DNA of 64,000 nucleotides from Camelus ferus (Eukaryota): NCBI RefSeq assembly GCF_009834535.1, contig NC_045704.1, positions 6,758,001 to 6,822,000 of the forward strand, read 5' to 3'. Shown piece by piece: positions 31,901 to 47,199 of this stretch (position 1 is its first letter; each line of letters starts with the position of its first letter). The notes under the pieces were generated by a model. It saw only the letters and a program-made list of their open reading frames with translations, ran no database searches and was not told where the DNA came from. The position numbers and the translations under genes were made by a program.

Positions 31901-32618
31901 TAGGGGCGGGCCTGTGGGGTTCCGGTGGGCGTAGCCTGATGGTCAGGAGGCGGGGCTCCCTCCCGGGGGCGTGGTCTCAGCACCATCTCTGACCCCCTTC
32001 AGGTGGAAGGGGGAGAACGTGTCCACGCGAGAGGTGGAGGGCGTGCTGGCACAGGTGGACTTCCTGCAGGAGGTGAACGTCTACGGTGTGTCTGTGCCAG
32101 GTGCGGAGGGTTCACCTCATTCCAGGCCTCCCAACAGCTTTGTGGGAGGTGGGAGAGCTGCTGGGACCCAGGCGAGCGTCAGCCGCGGGCATCGTGAGGT
32201 GGGTCCCCGAGTGAAAGATGTGCCCCACAGGGTGTGAGGGCAAGGTGGGCATGGCTGCCGTGCAGCTGGCCCCCGGCCGGACCTTCGACGGGCAGAAGAT
32301 GTACCAGCACGTCCGCACTTGGCTCCCTGCCTACGCCATCCCCCAATTCATTCGTATCCAGGTGAGCTCGGGGTGGCTGAAATAGATGGTTGGGAGGTGG
32401 GCGTGGGCAGTCGCAGTGGAGGTCACAGTCTGCCCCTGCAGGACGCCTTGGAGATAACAGGCACGTTCAAACTGATGAAGTCCCGGTTGGTACGAGAAGC
32501 CTTCAATGTGGGTGTCATTGCTGACCCGCTGTTCGTGCTGGACAACCAGGCCCGAGCCTTCCGGCCCTTGACGCCCGACATATACCGGGCAGTGTGTGAG
32601 GGAACCTGGAGACTCTGA
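25945..32618 (+). CDS. SLC27A5: SLC27A5/FATP5 bile acid-CoA ligase, 687 aa
   Basis: Exons 25945-26623, 26999-27208, 27576-27734, 29664-29788, 30565-30759, 30843-30933, 31552-31750, 32003-32100, 32231-32361, 32442-32618 (2064 nt). AMP-binding [36 protein letters not shown]-terminal EGTWRL. Confidence 0.96.
29789..30480 (+). repeat. Degenerate short tandem array of cc(c)AGGTAAc-like units in SLC27A5 intron 4
   Basis: AGGTAA at 30124, 30149, 30224, 30284, 30312, 30359 and 30464, plus variants. Duplicate of the exon 4 donor at 29821-29835. Confidence 0.75.
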
Positions 32619-32794
32619 CCATCTGTTCAGCCCACAGACATCTGAAGGCCCCAGGCCCAACGCTGATCACCACCCGCACTTGTCCTGTCACCTCCACCCC
32701 AGACCTGATGGTGGGGGGGGTCGTCATGAATCCCAGCCTGGCCTTATCCCCAGCTGCACAGTGTGGGGCAACCCTGGGCCCATGGCTGAGCAAT

Positions 32795-32800
32795 AATAAA
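32795..32800 (+). terminator. SLC27A5 poly(A) signal
   Basis: AATAAA about 175 nt after the stop codon. Confidence 0.7.
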
Positions 32801-34858
32801 CTTGAATGTATACACAGATGTCTGCCTGGCTGGGGAAACAAGGAGTCCAGGGCTCAGTGCCCCACGCTGGAGGAGTAGCCCTTCTGGGCAAGGCCAGGGG
32901 TGTGGGAGGAGCCAGCAGCCCACTGTGGAGAGATGACATTGCTCATTCTGTCTCTGGGTCACTGTGGCCTCTGATGGGGCTGGGGCCAGGTGGGGCCAGT
33001 GGATGTGTGGTCTGGAGGATATGGGGAGGAGGGCATTTGACTGACGCAGGAAGGGTGAGTGTGACTCGGAGAGGAGTGTGTCTGGCAGGGTGCATGGGCA
33101 AAGGCTCTGGGGCAAGTCCCTATTGAGGGAACAGATGCAGAGGCTTCTGGAGAATGGAGTCTAAAGTGTCTTAGAGGCCAGAAGTGCCCTTGGGGGCACT
33201 GTGGGAGCAGCAGGCAGGGTGGTGTGAGCAGGAACAGTTCTGGCTGGGTGACGTCCCCGGGGCAATGTCAGGCCCCCAAGGGTCCCTGGGCATTTTAGTT
33301 TGGGACAGCCAGGCACTGTGGGCAGCCTGAGTACAGCAGATCAGGCACTGCAGGCCATGCCCATGGTTCTTTTCCAGGATGTGGCTGTTCCTGTTGTCAC
33401 CGACTATTTCTCTGCCCTTCAGGGCCAAGGAAGCCCAGTGTGTTCCCCTTCAAGGAACCACATCCCCTTCCTGGCTCTGGTATGCACTGCTGGACTCGGA
33501 TCCAGGCCCATGTGGTTCAGCCCACCTCCCTGCACATAGTAGGTCATCAGGTTCATTCACACGCCTCTTACCTCCAGGAGAGGCTCTGGCTAGGAAAGGA
33601 GCTGGGCCGCGTGAACACAGCAGCAGAAGCCCAGGCTGGCCACCCTTGCTTTGGCCCAGGCCTACTTCCTCCAGGTGCACACAGTAGGTTCAATATCATT
33701 TGACAGCGGGCACATAGCAGCAGAGGCTGGACTGGTCCCCCTGGAGCCCTTGTACCCTCCGGGAGTAGAAACCAGCCTGGGAGTTTGGAATAGACAGATT
33801 GAGCAGCAGAGGCTGGCACTGTCACCCCTACTGCCTGCTGGTCTTGTGACCATCCCTTAAGACCTGCTCTACACTGCTTTCCAGGCTTCCCTGGGTTCCT
33901 GCACCCAGCTGCCCATCACCTGGTGCCAGCCTAAGATGGTACAGCATCCACTTCTCTTGTGTGTACTATGCTGTGAGTGGGGGTTGCATTGTGGCCATCC
34001 CCCTGATGAGGATCCTGCAGTCCTGTGCCCAGTTCAAGGGGCCCTGACTAGTGAGGCTCTGTCACTGCATTTCCTATTAATGGAAGAAGCTAACATCCAG
34101 GATGTGGCCAAAGAGATCCACTCAATCAACAGAGTACCATGTGCTGGGATGCATGGAGAGAGGGGTGCCAGGACATGTGCTGGACTCAGACCTGGGTCTG
34201 TAGACCCCAGAGCTTGTGGTGTGGAATGAGAGCTGGCCACTTACAGGCTATGTGGCTGGGAACAATCTCCAGAATGACTTTCCTCTGGTGCACTGGTTTC
34301 CTTCCTTGTAAAAAGAGGTTGATCACCCTGCCCATCTCAGAAGAGGTTGGTGGCTATTACCAAAGATAAAGGTGCAGGGAAAGTTCCCCACAAGGGTTAC
34401 CTGTTATCCCTGATATTGGCATCTTGGCTCAGATGAGGGCCTGTTTCTCCATCAGCAGAGGGAGGGATCATCATTAACAATAGGAGTAACACTGTACCTG
34501 AGAACCCTCAGAGCTCCCTCAGAGCCAGGCCGAAGCTGCTGCTTCTCACACGACTGCCTGTCCCATCCTTACCCCATCTACAGGGTGGGTTGTAGTGTTG
34601 TTCCCCCACTTTCTGGCCAAGGAAACCCTGGCTGAGAGGGGGGCTTTATCCACAAGGTATTTCACCAACCCCATCAGTGCAGGTGTCAGGCCCATCCTTC
34701 ACTGTATGGATGTTACAAAAAGATCTCACTATAGATCCGAAGGTTTAAGGGTTCACCGGCACTTTATACGGACTCCTGCCCCTCCAAGCCCCAGCCAGCT
34801 TCAGGCATCCACACTTTTTGCTATTACATTTGCAAGAATTAAAACGTAATTGTTTAAA

Positions 34859-35755
34859 GCATACAAATGACCAATAGGCACATGAAAAAAATGCTCAATA
34901 TTGCTAATTATTAGAGAAATGCAAATCAAAACTACAATGAGGTATCACCTCACACTGGTCAAAATGGCCACGGTTAAAAAGTCNNNNNNNNNNNNNNNNN
35001 NNNNNNNNNNNNNNNNNNNNNNNNNNNNNNNNNNNNNNNNNNNNNNNNNNNNNNNNNNNNNNNNNNNNNNNNNNNNNNNNNNNNNNNNNNNNNNNNNNNN
35101 NNNNNNNNNNNNNNNNNNNGATTCAGTAATCCTACTCCTGGACATCTATCTGGAGAAAACTCCAATTCAAAAAGACACCTGCACCCCAGTGTTCATAGAG
35201 GCACTATTTACAATAGCCAAGACATGGAAACAACCTAAATGTCCATTGACATGATTGGGTAAAGAAGTTGTGGTATATTTATACAACAGAATACTACTCA
35301 ACCATAAACAATAATAAAATAAGGCCATCTGTGGCAACATGGATGGACCTGTAGATCATCATTCTAAGTGAAGTAAGCCAGAAAGAGAAAGAAAAATACT
35401 ATATGATATCATTCATATGTGGAATTTTAAAAAAAAAGATGAACTTATTTACAAAACAGAAAGAGACTCACAGACATGGAAAACAAACTTATGGTTACCA
35501 GTAGGGAAAGGGGGTGGGAAGAGGCAAATTGGGAGTTTGAGATTTTCAGATACTAACTACTATATATAAAATAGATAAATGACAAGGTCCTACTGTATAG
35601 CACAAGGAACTATATTCAATATCTTGTAGTAACCTATAATAAAAAGAATATGAAAACGAATATATGTATATATATGTATGACTGAAACATTATGCCACCC
35701 ACCAGAAATTGACACAACGTTGTAAACTGACTACATTTCAATGGAAAAAAAAACT
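34859..35755 (+). mobile_element. Young 5'-truncated L1 (ORF2 C-terminus and 3'UTR)
   Basis: Translates as LIIREMQIKTTMRYHLT...CTPVFIEALFTIAKTWKQPKCP and ends in an A tail at about 35745-35752. Confidence 0.9.
34984..35119. other. Assembly gap (136 N)
   Basis: N run; both flanks are collinear L1 ORF2. Confidence 1.
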
Positions 35756-35964
35756 ATTTACTTTTCTTATTTCCTCCCAGACCGGAAACTCGATGAATAT
35801 TTATCCAATAGATCACGTACATGTTTTACTCTTATTTCATTCAGCTGATCTTTTTGTGTTTTCCTGTCCTACGCTGCTCTAATTAGCATGGCTTTGTAAC
35901 AAGTTTTAATATCTGATAAAGAATTCCTTCTCTTTACTCACATTTCAAAACATTCTTATCTAGT

Positions 35965-36320
35965 TTTCTAAGTCGTTTGGGCTATTATAACAGAATGCCA
36001 TCAACTTAGTGGCCTATGAACAGCAGAAATCTATTTCTCACAGTTCTGAAGTCTGGCAAGTCCACGGTCAAGGTTCAGGCAGATTGGACGTCTGGTGAGA
36101 GCCTGCTTCCCATTTATAGATGCCATTTTCTCCATGGGTCCTTTTGTGGTGGAAAAGACAACGGAACTTTCTGGGGTCTCTCTTATAAGAGCACCACTAG
36201 TCCCATTCAGGACGGCTCTGCCCTCCTGCCTGAATAACCTCCCAAAAGCCCAGCTCCACATGCCGCCATGCTGGGGACTAGGTTTCAATATCTGCATTTT
36301 GGGGGACACATACACTTAGA
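35965..36320 (-). mobile_element. MaLR (MLT1-type) LTR
   Basis: AACAGCAGAAATCTATTTCTCACAGTTCTGAAGTCTGGCAAGTCC...GGTTTCAATATCTGCATTTTGGGGGACAC. Confidence 0.75.
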
Positions 36321-36534
36321 CCAGAGCACTAGCTGTGTGTCAGGACTTCTCCCCAGCTCTGCCTTCCCTCCCCTCAAAACCCCCCTGGTAGAGGAAGAGG
36401 AGTGAGAGGTGGGGTCTCTGGAGGGGGCTGCTGGTGCAGGGGTCCCAGCAGGGCATGGGGGGAGCCATGCGGGGGACCAGCGGGTCCCACGAACAGCAGC
36501 CCTTGTTGGCCTAGGGGATAAATCATGCCTGGTG

Positions 36535-36870
36535 CAGAGTGAGTTTTGCACATGCATCAGGTTATATCTGGAAGGAGATTTACTATGAGGGGTGGGCTCT
36601 TGAGACTATGAGGCCAAGTGGTCTCTGGTCTACTCTCGCAAGCTGGAGGCCCAGGAAAGCCGGTGGTGCGATTCCAACCGCATCCAAAGGCCTGAGAACC
36701 AGGGTGGCCCCTCATGTAAACCCAGCCTGGGGGCAGGAGATGAGACATCCCAGCTCAAGTGGTGAGACAGGGAAAAAAGGGGGAAATTCTTCCTTCCAAG
36801 GACTGTTGTTCTATTCAGGCCCTCAGTGGACTGAGGGATGCCCACCTGCATCTTCCAAGTTACCAGGAAG
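36535..36870 (-). mobile_element. MLT2/ERVL-type LTR fragment
   Basis: GCAAGCTGGAGGCCCAGGAAAGCCGGTGGTG...CCAAAGGCCTGAGAACCAGG...CTCAGTGGACTGAGGGATGCCCACC. Confidence 0.6.
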
Positions 36871-37827
36871 AAAACCCAAACACAGGATAGGAAGCACAGA
36901 ACAAAAGGCGGGCCACAAAATGGAACCTGGCGGCGGCTGCCTGACGACCGGAGAGCAAGCTCGCTCGTGGTGACTCTCAGGTCGGGGGTCTGGCGCTCAG
37001 GCATTTCCAGGAGGCCAAGCACCACCAGAGACTAGGACACACGTTCAGTCCTCAGCCACGTCCAAGTCCAGAGGTGTTGAAACGTGGCACAGCGTGCATC
37101 AGAACTGAGGAACTGCGTGGAACAAATGCCCAAACTGAGACCAGGTAACTCTGGTGGGATTTATCAGAAATAAATGCAGAAAGGGCAGGCTCGCCAGACA
37201 AGAGCAAACGCTCTTAAACAGACACAGCAAAGCCCAGCTCTGTTGAGCACAAGGAATACATAGAAACAAAGAGACGAAGCCCTTTCGGCTGACAGGGCGT
37301 CTCCCACCTCAGCTGTGCAGACTCCTGGGGCCTCTTGCCCACTGGCAGCCCCACCTCATCACCTCTGTCCTTTGTCCAACCCCAGAAGAGTCTCCCAACC
37401 TCCAGAAAAAGACACAGCCTCTCGCCCACTTCCAGACTCAGCAGGGCTTTCCCAGGCAGCATGCCCTGAGGGTAAACACAACTGTAACCACACATTAGCT
37501 CTGCTTGTTTTTGAACTTCATGTAAACACACAGTGTGGACTCTGAGTCTGAGATTCCACAGTGTGTTTGCCTGTGGCAACCCCTTACTCCTGGTCGTCAC
37601 TGTGTACTTAGTATTTCACTGCATGAATGTCCACGGTTGTTTGTCTCGGCTGCGGGTAGTGGGTGGACCTGCCAGTGTCCAATCAGGAGGCAGAAGGCAC
37701 GTGGTAGTTTGCATGGGGTACACGTGATGTAAACAGTCATTAACTATAATAGAGAGTAACTCTTACAAATGCCCTGGGCTGAGAGAGAGTGGCCAAGGTA
37801 GGCATGAACTTTAAGGGCTGGGATTTA

Positions 37828-37915
37828 GGGGGAGGGTATAGCTCAGTGCTAGAGCCCATGCTCAGCATGCACTAAGTCCTGGGTTCAACCCCAGTACCTC
37901 TGTTTAAAATATAAA
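37828..37915 (+). mobile_element. tRNA-Ala-derived SINE
   Basis: GGGGGAGGGTATAGCTCAGTGCTAGAGC...GGGTTCAACCCCAGTACCTC. Confidence 0.85.
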
Positions 37916-38210
37916 AAGACCCTTTCCTTGTTTGATACCAGGAACACAGACACCAGCAAATAGATTGTACAGCCAGACAGTCTGATTTGGGGTTTCATTC
38001 TTGATCTGGCAATTTCAGCGGGCAACAGTCATCAGCAGGGAAATACTCATTCCTTCTTCGACCCAGAGATCTTTTCAGGAGACTATCTTAATTGTCAATA
38101 GTTTATTTTTTGATACTTTATTGAATACTCATAGTTTTTGCATGATGAGAAATTTAAAAAGATATTTTTGATAGTTCATTGGGACATTATGAGCAATTTT
38201 TTAATGTCAC

Positions 38211-38324
38211 AAAAAAATTGGGGGGGTAATTAGGTTTGTTTGTTTATTTAATGGAGGTACTGGGGATTGAACACAGGACCTTGTGTATGCTAAGCACGCG
38301 CTCTACCACTGAGTATACCCTCCC
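38211..38324 (-). mobile_element. tRNA-Ala-derived SINE
   Basis: Reverse complement of head and tail (GTAATTAGGTTTG...TGGAGGTACTGGGGATTGAAC...TATACCCTCCC). Confidence 0.88.
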
Positions 38325-38415
38325 TCCTCAATAGTTTTTGTCATTTTATTTCTAAATTTATTTATGATTAGAAAGGTGGATTCTATAAAACCTCTTTATC
38401 AGATTTCATACCCTT

Positions 38416-39120
38416 TGAAACCAAGCAGGACCCTGTGGGGCCCCCCTAACCCCTGTTCTTGTTTATAGAAAAGGTGGCCTCCAAAGCTCCCTGAGTCACA
38501 AAAGGGCGAGAGTCACAGACTCAGTCTGATGCACATTTCTGAGTCGTCATACAGATACTGTTAACAGCCACCAGATAAGCAGCTCTTTGCAGGAAAACCA
38601 CCCCAGTGAGAAGGCCCTCTTCTGGTCACTGTAGCAGAACTATACTGCCACTGACCTTAAACCTGGCACCCCACACCCCGCTCATCTCTGGCCCAAGCAC
38701 ACCTTGCATGTCTTCTGACCACACAATCCCTTGCCTACCTTTTGGTCTTTTCCCGCAGATCAAAGAAGTAGAAATGGAGAGTAAGTAATTAACAGATGAC
38801 CAGATCTCATCCCTAAGTCCCCCTTCAGTCATCCTGGGAACACACTGTGAACAAGATTGCACCTATGGAAATTCACAAGGAACTGAAAAGCCTGCACGTG
38901 GCAGGGGGAGGTGGTGAGGACTCTGACCCTCATCTCAATGAGCAACTGAGATCACTTCCCTATTTTTTCTTTGAAAACTTCCATGGCTGAGCAGAATCCT
39001 CGGGGATGGTATTTTGGGGACCCTAACCCCAGACTGCCAGCATTCTGATTAAAAGTAACTTTCCTTTCCATCTACATTGCCTCTCCTATTGATTTTTGAG
39101 CCAGACAACATTGAGTAACA
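38416..39120 (+). mobile_element. ERV1-class solo LTR, 705 bp
   Basis: TGAAACC...GAGTAACA, 4-bp TSD CCTT at 38412-38415 and 39121-39124, ATTAAA at 39048-39053. Confidence 0.85.
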
Positions 39121-39129
39121 CCTTTAGCA

Positions 39130-39700
39130 TGGTTATAATAAAAAAGACAATAACAAGTATTGGGGAGGCTGTGGAAAAACTGGAACCTTGTACATTGCTA
39201 GTGCGAATGTAAAATGGTGCAGATCCTTTGGAAAACAGTCATCACAAGGCCAAACGTAGAGTTACTATACAACCAGTAATTCCACTTCTAATAAAATTTT
39301 ATGCCCAAGAGAGATAAAAACAGATGTCCACACAAACACCTGTACATGAATTCATGTTCATAGTGGCACTATTCACAGTTTCAAAAAGTGCAAACAACGC
39401 AAGCTGCCCAAACACCTTAGGAATAGATAAACAAAATGTGGTAAATGCACAAGTGGAATATTACTTGGCAGCAAAAAAGGAATGAAGCTCTGATAGATCC
39501 AAAGGGACAGAAAGGAGATTGGTGACTGAGGAGCTGGGCGAGGACTGCTGACACAAATGTGCTTTTTGGGAGTCGTGTGAAATCATTCTAAATTTGTGAT
39601 GATAGAGACGTAGCTCTGGGAACAGACTAAGAACCACTGAATCGTACTTTCAATGGGTGAATAGCATGGTACATGACTATCTCCATAAAGCTGTTAAAAG
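39130..39700 (+). mobile_element. Old L1M 3' fragment
   Basis: AAAAAGACAATAACAAGTATTGG...GAATGTAAAATGGTGCAG...CACAAACACCTGTACATG. Confidence 0.75.
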
Positions 39701-40036
39701 TCTCTATACTAAAATTTAACATTTTATGACATGTTTGCATTCATTTTTGTGTTTTAGAGTATTAAGTCTGATCTATCTTGACAGCTGAGTTTTTGGCCTT
39801 CCTTCAAAGTCGCACCTCAGGCCAGTACCCTGCTTAGAGACTTTGGAGCATGGTGCCTTCCTCCAGAGTGTCTTCACCTTGGACCACAGCTGCCAATGTG
39901 GGCAGCGTGCACCCAAGAACCCACCTTTCAACCATCTTCTGTTCGACCAGCCCTGGGGTTATGGGGGAAGCTGAATGCACAACACGGACACTGGACACTG
40001 AAATCACGGCCCAGGAGGAGATCTTGTGCCATGCAG

Positions 40037-40147
40037 GGTCATGTGCACTTGGAGACAGAGTGGGAGGCAGGCTTTGATGAATGAGAGGCTGGGTGGCCCC
40101 CGGCTCCTACAGCAGAATGTGACTGGCTTGGCGGGATAAACCCTTTG
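40037..40147 (+). pseudogene. Possible highly decayed KRAB-A exon
   Basis: CAG acceptor and TTG|GTAAGG donor flank GHVHLETEWEAGFDE*..., with weak resemblance to the GxVTFEDVA...EEW...YxDVMLE pattern. Confidence 0.25.
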
Positions 40148-43100
40148 GTAAGGAGGACAGTTGGACTTGGGGCTCTGACCCCCAAGAGTAGTGCAGGGAG
40201 AAGGATTTGCCATCCGAGGCTCTCCTGGTTCCAGTGTCAAGGCCACAACCGGGGTTGGGGCTTACCTTCTGCCTTTACACCACAGCCACAGGTGCTACCA
40301 GAGTCAGACCCACCCAGGTCAGACTTTCACTCTGCAATCACTGGGTCACCTTAAGTTGGCTTAACTCAGCAGCAGTGGCTGAGGAGGAAGAAGGGGCCTG
40401 GAGGGAGGCCCAGGTAAGGAGAAGGAAAGGCTCTTGAGGTGGTTGTGAGGATCAGATGAGCCTGGGGGTTGGGGGCAAGCAGCTGGAATCAGGCAGGAAG
40501 ATGCCTCCCCAGCCTCAGCCCAGTGGACGGAGGGGCTGAGTGGGTGCCATGAGATGGGTGGCTTGGCCCAGCTTCTAATGCCAAGAGGTAGATTCTGGAA
40601 GCCACCCTGCAGGCTGACCGTGCTGAGCTGGCTGGGGTGAGTGCCACGGGTGGGCTGTCTAAGAAAAGCCACATTAGACAGGGATGGATCTGAGTACAGG
40701 AAGATCCAAACCATGATGACCAGATGTTTGAGGAAGTGACAAGCAGAGATGCACACAACCGGTGTTCGCGGGAGAGGAGACAGTGCACACAGCCCGCCTG
40801 GCATCCACAGCAACAAGAGCATACCTGTGTTCTGCCTACACCATGGAAAAGGACAGGAGAAAATGGGAGTCCAGGAGGTTTCAGCTGCTGGGGACCCTTC
40901 TGGAGAGAAGGCAGACAGGCCCCGTGTTGCTGGGAGATGCTGGCGCATCCATCGAGAATTAAAACCCCTGTGCCCTGTCAGATGACCCTGAGATGGGGAG
41001 GTTATTCTCAATGGTCCCAGTGGGCCCAATGTCCTTGGATGTGGAAGAGGAGGGAGGCAGGAGAGAGTCAGGGTGATGCACTCTGAGAGGGAGGGGACTG
41101 TCTCCAAAGCCAGCGAAGCTGAGCCATGGATGCTAACGGAGTTGACAAAAGGAATGCAGCTCAGCCGCTCCTAGACTTTAGTGCAACTGTTCTGACTTCT
41201 GACCTACAGAACTATGATTTGTGTTGTTTTAAGACAACAAAGAAAATTTAAAAACAAGAACAAAACTCCCATGCTCCTGCTCTGGAAACGGCCGGAGTCC
41301 ATCTAAAGCGCACACTCAAGTGAGGTCAGCACAGCACTGCGGTGGCAGGAGGACGAGGGACTATCTGGGTTTGATGAAATGACAGGACGGCCAGAGACAG
41401 CATCCTCACCCAGGCCTTAGGAAATGCTGCAGATTTAATATCACTGGGAGACGAGGGGGTGAGACGAGCAGGACTCCAAACCACCCGCAATAGCCTCACA
41501 AGCTGCACGAGACAGATCCTGTGTGCAACCCTTGGGGGCCCACCACCCTGACTGTGGGGCTACAGACTCTGTTCATGATCTTCTCTGCTCTCTTGTCTAT
41601 TTCAGACTTTCTAACAAACATAAACTTTCAATCTAGGAAACTGCTGGCCCACCCTCTCTCAGCACCTTGTGTCCCCCTGTGGTTGGGCCCTCAATGGCTT
41701 CCACCCTCCTCCCCAGCTCCCCGGGACCTGGCCTAGCTTGAGCACTCGCCCCCTGCTCGCCCACCGGGTGACCCCTTCCCAGTTCCACCTCCAGCCCGGC
41801 TGTGCGTCCCCAGGCCCAAGTGTGGGAGCAGTGGGTCATAGGTCCTGAGAAGACTGGAGATGGAGGCAATGGGCCCTCCTAGGTGGAGGCTTCCCCCTGC
41901 CAGCTTCAAGTGGCAGCAAGGTCCCCACCCCCAGCCCAGGTGTCCCCCAGCCCTGCCCAGTAACCATAGTCACACACAACCCCCACCTGCCACCCCTGCA
42001 TGTGCCTGAGGCTACAGAGGCTCCTTTCTCAGGTGCACCTGTTTCCCTGAAACCCCTCCCCCCAGGGAAGCACTCTTTGTTCTCAGAGTGGAAAAGACAC
42101 AGAGAGTGCAGGATAACAGCCCCCAAAGACATCCACGGCCTGTCCCTGCATCCTGTGAATATATCACCTCATACGCAGATGTCAGGTGTGCAGGTGGAGA
42201 GCGGACAAGCTGTGACTCTGAGACAAGGAGATCATCTCGGGTTACTAGGTGAGCCCCAGACATAATTCCGAGGCTCGTTACACAGAGGAGACAGTACAAG
42301 ACTTAAACACCCACTGCCGGCTCTGAAGATGGAGAAGGGGCCACAAACCCAGGAATGCGGTGGCCCCTACAGTGAGAAGAGGCCATAAAGTGGATTCCCC
42401 CTGAGAGCCTTTGGGAGGAACCAGCCCTGCTGACACCTTGATTCCAGCCTCGTGAGACCCAGTTCAGTGTCCTCAGAGAATACACCTGGGTTGTTTCAAG
42501 CCACCACGTTCGTTAGAGCAACCATAGCAAAGGGACACAGTACACTGACCAAAGTCCTGAATGACTGCCCAGGAGCCCAGACTGACTGCCACAGGCAGCA
42601 CGCAAGTGACCCTCTGCCCTTGAGCTTTGTGACTGACTGACCAACCATGTGGGCTGTGGGGACGCCCCTTTACTCGAGGGCCATGCTTGTCCATCCCAAC
42701 TTGGAAAGAAGTTCCCTGAGCATCCATTCAGACTGGGACTTGAGAACGTGAAGGGCAAGGCCAGGGAATGAGGAGTGTGGCCAAGGGCAGGTAGGAGGGG
42801 GCCGTTCTCAGGGGCACACCTGATCTGACCAGCAGAGCCCAGAGGTCAGGCTTCTTATGCAGAAACTTCCCCAGCATAAAAGTGGAACGTGTTAAAAACC
42901 TCAAACGCAGAGTGGACAGACTTTAGCCTCCCACCCACTTACAAACAAAAGCAAGCCATGCTCTCCTGGGCTTTCTGCATTGTCTACTTTTAGACCTCAG
43001 GCCCAGCTGCCACAGGAGGGCAGGAAGGGGCCTTCTCACCAGAGCCAACTGGTCCCAGGGCTGGGGAGAGTGGTCACCTGCCTCAGGTCACAGGTGGGGA

Positions 43101-43265
43101 GCCACCACTCGGAAAGGGGGGGGGGGGCAGGCGAGGAGGGAGTAGGGGACCCTCCTGGGGCTCTGACTCACTCCAGGGTCCTCTGTGGGTCCAAGTCTCC
43201 CGGACCGATGCGGAGTCACCGAGCACTAGAACCGGGGCCCCAGGCGCGGGCAGCCTCTCCAGCGC

Positions 43266-46235
<2,970 letters not shown>

Positions 46236-46426
46236 CGTTGTGCCCAGATTCTTCTTGGAGCCACTAAAGGGTCCTGCAGGAAAAGAGGGGTCAGGGTGCC
46301 AGCCACAGGCCACAGCCCAGGGAGCTGAGGCCACAACACACACAGAGGATGTGTGAGGCTGAGGTGGGGAAAGCTTCATGGAGGGTGGATCACAGGAGCT
46401 GGAACTGAGAACAGAAGGAAGATTGT

Positions 46427-46572
46427 GGGGGGAGGGTATAGTTCAAGTGGTAGAGCCCATGCTTAGCATAGCTTAGCATGCTATGAGGTTCTGGGTTCAA
46501 TCCCCAATACCTCCTCCAAAAAATAAATAAACCTAATTAACTCCCCCGACAAAAAAAAAAAAAAAAAAAAAA
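46427..46572 (+). mobile_element. tRNA-Ala-derived SINE in ZNF446 intron 1, antisense to the gene
   Basis: GGGGGGAGGGTATAG head, internal GCTTAGCAT duplication, long A tail at 46551-46572. Confidence 0.88.
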
Positions 46573-47199
46573 GGAGGAAGCCTGTGAACCAACGCTTGGA
46601 GGCAAGTTGTCTGATGAAGTTTCCAGGAAACAGCAGGGAACTGTTGGGAGATGATGGAGAGGGAGGCAAAGAGAGTTATCACAGGCTCCCAGAGTCAGGC
46701 TGAGGAGCCCGGGAAAGTGCCCCTGCAGCACAGAGAGGGGGCAGTCAGGGAGGCTGTGTTGCGGCGATCCAGGGAGAGCACTGGGGCCAGGCTGCCCGTC
46801 CCCACTATCTCTAGGACACGTTGACTCAAGGGGGGCACCCTGAGGGGCTGGCCTGCGCCATGAGTCGAGGCAGGGGCTGATGTGGACCCCGAGACACCGT
46901 GCTCGCTGACCACGGCGAGCTGTGCACGGCTCACACCGTCTGGACCCTATACGTGAAAAGCAAGAGCAAAGCAAAACAGAGCCACCGAGTCGTGTGGAGC
47001 TGTCGGTGGGCAGCTGTGTGTCGGCCCTGCGGAGGGTCTGGAGTGGATACGCCCACAGGGGACCAGTTTGACAGGCTGGACCAGGCCTGACTCCCGGAGT
47101 CCGCCTTCCAAAGAGGGACGGGAAGCAGGAGGTCTTCCCGATGGAGGGGAATGGGGGTCCGGGTGGGAGGAAGGGACCCGGGCGAAGGCTAGGAGGCGG

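Noticed and set aside
10436-35119. Three N runs as hidden functional sequence
   Set aside because: All lie inside L1 or MLT repeats with collinear flanks, so they are unresolved repeat interiors.
40361-41107. 248-aa minus-strand ORF
   Set aside because: TTG start, no domain, no splice structure, composition typical of a chance ORF.
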